Source: Callorhinchus milii (Eukaryota). Taken from it: a DNA stretch of 64,000 nt. The stretch's first letter is position 1, and the number at the start of each line of letters is the position of its first letter. The position numbers and the translations under genes are program-made. Under the pieces are notes generated by a model, which saw only the letters and a program-made list of their open reading frames with translations, had not been told where the DNA came from and ran no database searches. This document shows positions 58,426 through 64,000 of the stretch, in pieces. The stretch spans positions 21,514,001-21,578,000 of the forward strand of contig NW_024704749.1 in the NCBI RefSeq assembly GCF_018977255.1, given 5' to 3'.

Positions 58426-59605
58426 AGTTACCCACAACCCAACAAAACATCAATTTAACATTTAGAATAGTTGTTTTCTTAAAAGCAAAATCAAATTTTA
58501 GATCTTTCTTGATTCCAAACTTTACACTTTGGTTTCATGTTGAATCTTTTTCATAAAAGGGAAGCACCCTTAAATTTCCTTTTTTCAGTCAGACTTTGTA
58601 AGACATGCCCTGCATGAAAAAGCGATGCTGAAGATTTTCGCGGTGGATGAAAGGGCCAACATATACAAAGTTCAAACCCAACAGTCAGAAGTTAGCGGAG
58701 AGAAAGACCCGGGAAAATAAGATGGTTAGAGTCAGAGGCAACAGGAAGAGCTTTGAGGTGGGAAGTAGGGCAGAAAGATGACGACTTAATGAGGTTTAAT
58801 GAAGCTGTCTGCTAGCAGGGACAGCTGACAGGCAGCGCTTCGCAGCCCAGCCAAACAGCTCAATCACTGTTCCCAAGTACCGAGCGGGGAGTCACAAACT
58901 GCACACATGCAACACAGCGATCAGGAGAAGACAATAGTCACTAAGAGAGTATACACACAGGTCAGAGCCATGTTGTTGTATGAGATCTGAAAAGTCTGGT
59001 AGTGGATATTTCGGCAGTGAAGTTTCATGGCATCAGAGAATGTTATAGCACACAAAGAAGCCATTCGGCCAATCAAGTTTACGCTCTTCATTCTCTTCAC
59101 CCAGTTTAATCCCATCCTCCTGCACGCTTCCCCCTTACACTTTAACATTCCTCTTGTTTCGAGCATCTCTCAAGTGCTTTTTTGAAATACTTCACGGACT
59201 CCACCTCCACAATGAAGATTGACGGTTATTGTGGTATATGTCGTATATGTTACTGGAAGTGTATGTAATTTGTAAACCAATTTCTCTTTAAGAACTGTGG
59301 AAATCAGTTTCTAATTAAGACTGAGTTGTTCAGGGAGGAGCCGGGGAGTCCAGAGTCCGAGCAGGGCATTGGCAAAGTTGGCAAGGTCTGGGCTTCATGA
59401 AAGTGTGAATGAGGGCCTTGGTAGCCCAGGGGAGGGGAGAGGTAGTGGCAAAGTCGGACAATGTAAGTGAGAGGCAATATGTGGGGTTTGAAAGACAGTT
59501 AAAGGGCAAATGGGACGCCAAGTTTCTGGGCTGTCTCCGTAAGGCAGAGTGAGCATCCATGCAGGTTGATGCTGGCAGCACCTGAGGTGATAAGGTGCAA
59601 TCTGT

Positions 59606-59975
59606 GGAATCCTGTAGTGTAGTGGTTAGCACCCTAACCTCACAAACGAGAGGACCAATGTTCGTTTCCCGGGCAGGGCGAACCATTGGGCAAGTTTCCT
59701 TACTTCACACACCTCTGTTTACCTAGCAGTAAGTAGGAACCCGATAGTTAGTCGATTGGTAAATCGCTTTCCGGGGGTAATAATCCTTCAAAAAATTATA
59801 ATAATAATTTGGTCACTCATTCCACGACTGTTTGTGGGATGCTGCTGTGTGCATTTGGCTGCTGCGTTTTGCCCACAAAAATACACAGTTACTACACTTT
59901 ACAGTATATTCTGTGAAACGCTTTATCAACAACGTGATAAGGCGCTATGTCAAATGCAAGGATGATTATTATTAT
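59606..59975 (+). mobile_element. Full-length SINE between L2 remnants (59330-59600 and 59985-60150, minus)
   Basis: Head, body, tail; flank reads YQPFSILSFLSKVLEQVA (L2 RT) on minus. Confidence 0.88.
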
Positions 59976-60483
59976 CATTGTTATTGTTATATGGGTGCTA
60001 TGGACAGGGTGGAACCTAGGATGGAGGGGCTCAAACTGAGAGTGATGGAAGAGGAAAGCACAAAACTGCGAGGCGACTTGTTCCAGCACCTTGGAGAGAA
60101 AGGACAGGATAGAGAAAGGTTGGTAACCGGGGAGCACTGCTCCTCTTCCAGCTTCATATTCTCCACGGTTCAAACAGAATCACAATAGCTTTTAAACATT
60201 ACTTTAAACAGTGTGCGGGAAAGGGCAGTGGAGTGGAACTAAATAGGATGCTCTTTCAGAGAACCAGCACAGGCACACAATGGCTAAGTGGCCTCCTTCT
60301 GTGCTGTACCATTCCGTGATTCTAATGTCACACAATGGACTGAAGTTGGCTTGCAATGATTCCTGGTGATTTAATCAATACTGTCCTAGTAGATCATGAC
60401 TGTATGATAATAGAACATGTAAATATTTATTTACATTGCACTCAGCTTACCTATGTAACTTACTGCAGCCTGGATTGTTCATT

Positions 60484-60920
60484 GAGTCCTGTAGCCTAGT
60501 CGTTCGAGCATTTGCCTCGCACGCAAGAGGACCTGGGTTCGATTCTCAGGCAGGGCGAAACATTGAGCGAGTTTCCTTACTCCACGCACACGTCTCTGTT
60601 TACGTAGCAGTAAGTTGGAACCCCAGTTGTTAATCGATTGGTGGATTGCTTTTCTGGAGGTAATAATCTCTTCAAAAAAAATTTGGTTACTCAATCCATG
60701 CCTGTTTGTGGGACACTGCTGTGAGCAATTGGTTGCTGCGTTTCGCCCACAAAATATACAGTCAATTCACTTCACAGTATATTCTGTGAAGCGCTTTGAG
60801 ACGTCTAGAAGACATAATAAAGCTTTATATCAAATGCAAGGATTACTATTATAAGCACTTTGAGACGTCTCGAAGACGTGATAAGGCGCTATATCAAATG
60901 CAAGGACTATTATTATTATT
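60484..60920 (+). mobile_element. Full-length SINE with a tandemly duplicated tail
   Basis: Head at 60484; tail unit aagc(g/a)ctttgagacgtct...caaatgcaagga occurs twice. Confidence 0.9.
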
Positions 60921-61371
60921 AAGTCCTGACTGTTCTAAAAAGTAAATAAAACTCAGAGGGCGAAATGGGTTTTGCCAGGCACCTGAGTCTGACCATGAGG
61001 CTTCCTCTTCACCTTTCCCCTGTGCTGGGTTGCCTCCACAGCATGTAATTGCATTTTCTAGAGATTTAGATCAGCGTGTGGACAGACGGAGGCAGAGCTC
61101 TGCAGAGACCCACACAATGAGGCTGCAATCGCATGCTTATTATTGGATGGTTGTAGCTTAGCTCTCCCAGTCACAGGAGGCCTAACAAAGACTGATAACA
61201 AGAAGCATGGACTTTCAACCCGTTGTCGGGGCTGGTTTCAAACCTCCTTCAGACCACCAGAGGGGGAATTTAGTCTACGTTAGCTCACAATCCCTCGCCT
61301 GGGCAGGAACACTACACAAACTAAGTCATCTTATTCTGTGTGTGTGTGTATGTGTGTGTGTTTTTTTAAAG

Positions 61372-61984
61372 TCAGAGCTTGGCAAGCCAAGGACCAGAGG
61401 CCTCCTTCTGCCTGAGCCAAGTTTTGTGTATGGTTTCTATTACGACCGCAGCGATGGTGGCGTGCCTGAAGGTAAATCAGCACTTTTATGTTTAAACTTT
61501 ACACTATATTATTATTTTCTTTATTTTTAACTTTACTATGATAAAGTGAGTTGTTATTATTTACCTTATAAATCAGCAGAATTACATAAATTTCATGTCG
61601 GGAGGCGCTGAACAGTCAGGAATTAGGAATTATATGCATTAGGGATTATATACTATACTGTAGGGCTTTGCCCACCATTTACCTGCCTCAGTAAAAAAAT
61701 ATGATCAACGCAAATAACATTTGAAATAATGAGTTTGATTTTTCTCGATCACCATTTTCCTCAGCCATTGGCCACTGGCGAACAGTGGAACGCAAAGTTG
61801 CAGACGGTCAGCTGAAAGTCAAGAGGGATTTTCAGGCAATGAATAAAGCAGCGATCAAAGCTGGGTTGGTCACTGCAGATGAGCATTACCAATTCAGGGT
61901 AACGCACGACATCGGAGTAAGCCTGGATCAGAAAGTGAAGAATGAACTCACTCTTCCCGACATAGCCTTCGGAAAGCCACCACG
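61372..61984 (+). CDS. CFAP77: Cilia- and flagella-associated protein 77 (C9orf171), two internal exons 61372-61471 and 61765-61984; gene continues beyond window
   Basis: aag|SELGKPRTRGLLLPEPSFVYGFYYDRSDGGVPE|gtaaat...ctcag|AIGHWRT...RDFQAMNKAAIKAGLVTADEHYQFRVTHDI...PDIAFGKPPR|gtagga resembles human AELGKPRE...DGGVPEAIGRW...NYIAMNRGAVKAGLVTA; synteny with TTF1 and SETX fits. Confidence 0.92.
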
Positions 61985-64000
61985 GTAGGAATTTGGAAGA
62001 AATTTATCCACTTTTCAAATTGTTTCCTCTCGTGTGTGTCCCAGTTCTGCTCTGGCTAAAATTGGCAAACTCAACACAGACTCGCGATTGAACCTTCATT
62101 GTTGGGCTCAGGGCTAGATTCTACAGTGAATTTGAGTAATCAAGGGTCTTCCATTAACCCAGTCAAAATCCAAAACATAATGCTCAGTTTCTTGCCAATA
62201 ATAGCCTGAATTGAATACAGAAATGCAATGATTAGGATCCATTCTCCAACAACTCTCCAAAGAAACTATATTTTCTCAATAAGTGAGTTGTCTAAACTTG
62301 GCACAATGTTCTAGGGATGTACAGATTGGGCGGGGGCGGGAGGGGGGGGGGGGGCTGTAGAGGCCCAACTGGCTGGTCCCAAAGTAAAAAGGTTGTTTCT
62401 TCTCAAACTCACAGCTATTAAATATATAATCCTATTTGAAGTTACCAGGAGACGTTGTTGGCTATTCACCAACTAAGACTTTTAGTTTAAAGATTCAATT
62501 TTAATGTATAGCCAGGGATAATGGACTAGCTACACACATGCTCAGGTACACCTTGTGACAATCTGCTGTCGCTCAGTCCCATTGCCTCGAACAACAAGTG
62601 AGTGCATTATGCAATCTCTAATGGTACCAAGCAAGTATGGATTTAGGGGTCCTTTCCTGACTCTGAACCCCTGTGGAGATGGAAGAGGTCAGAGAAGGTG
62701 CACGTTTAGGTGATTGGTGCAGGAACCTCAACATACGTGATACAAGCCAGAAGATAATTAGTTTTGACATCAAACTCGATCATGCTCAGCTACAAAGGTT
62801 ATCACCGGCACACATAACATTGAGACTCTGTCCCAGCTCAGCTACATTCCTCTGAGTCCTGGCCATGGAATTCAGTGTGAGCAGTGCCAATAGTAACACC
62901 CCCCACCAAACACACTTAAAGAATGATCTATTGCAAATAGAACGTACAGTATTTCAGAGGTAGTATTGATGCCTCTCCCTAGTTAGCAAAGGATACAGAC
63001 GGAACACATTTCATTTGCGCTCATCTTCAAAGGTAAATCAGGAAATGCCAACATTTTTGTGGCCCTGACCAAATCGTTTTCCCACATATTCTGCTTTGTA
63101 CCGGAAATGTCTCAGTAAACACATGAATAAACACAGGAGTAGCAAACATCCAAACATTTGCTTCAAAAAGGGGCATCCGAGTTCAATCATCACGCACATG
63201 CTCAATAGGAATGAATGCCTTTGGTGTACGTAAATTACCGGTAAATATTGTACAGTGGAATACCGTATAGCATGTTGCCATTGCACATCAGTAACCTACC
63301 TGGAATATTGAGACACATATCTTGGATTGGCTTGTTATTCGACCTAAAGTCACTCAGCGGTCAATCATTACTGGATAAAACACAACATATCACTCGCCTC
63401 TGTTGTGTCTCGGTATCAAGCACTGCTACACGCTAAGGTACATTGGGTGCTTAGTCGAGCAAAGCAGCCAAACTTTGAGAGGGCAGGAAAAACCTGTATT
63501 TATTTATAAGAGTCAGAAGCCATCCATCCAGTATCCTTGATACAAGTACCAGCTCTCTATCCAATGAGCACCCTCACAAACAGCACCTTGGGTGCAAAAT
63601 TGTACAGAGCCTTCATTTAATGGAGGCAAGATATATGTAGCAGGACTGAGTTTTTGGAATGTGTACTATGTATGTGTGCACTATGAATAATTCAAGTCCT
63701 GTTTTTTCAAAATGGTCCAAAACATATCTGTGTAAAGAAAGGCACGAGGCGTGTAATTATCGTGGGTGAGCATCACTTGACAGACTGCATGAGGTTTATA
63801 TCTGCCATCAGTGTATTTCTGGGCTTTGATACCGGTGTATTCTAAGCGCACAGAGCCTAACCGGTGGCACCGGTGCTGGCGGGCTGCTCGGGTTCTCTCC
63901 ACATTGTTATGCTGACAGTTTGTTGATGGCTACTCAGTATCTGTCTGTCTGCCTGACATCATCCAAATCACACGCTTGTTACAGCCGGGCTGTGCTGTGC

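Overview
Vertebrate genomic DNA, most likely a cartilaginous fish; the SINE/L2/CR1 landscape and protein divergence suggest a holocephalan such as elephant shark (inference). The window covers the conserved SETX-TTF1-CFAP77 block (same order and orientation as human 9q34.13). It contains the 5' two-thirds of senataxin (SETX, minus strand, 11 coding exons, running off the left edge), a complete TTF1 gene (minus), a second near-identical TTF1 copy in inverted orientation just after a 25-N gap, and two CFAP77 exons (plus). The main structural oddity is a complex inverted duplication: blocks 21927-30227 and 32179-34611 reappear reverse-complemented at 34637-43174 and 45816-48251, in an order a simple mirror-image misassembly does not explain, with two novel junctions. 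Each TTF1 copy has frameshifts at different sites, and a composite of the two is an intact ORF. The SETX giant exon has one apparent 1-nt frameshift. Introns and intergenic DNA carry many tRNA-Ala-headed, Deu-domain, L2-tailed SINEs, L2 and CR1 3' fragments, solo LTRs, a 40-bp minisatellite, several fold-back repeats and candidate conserved non-coding elements. I found no support for a prokaryote-type system (CRISPR, operon). All homology calls are from memory of the vertebrate proteins and repeats, not from database searches.
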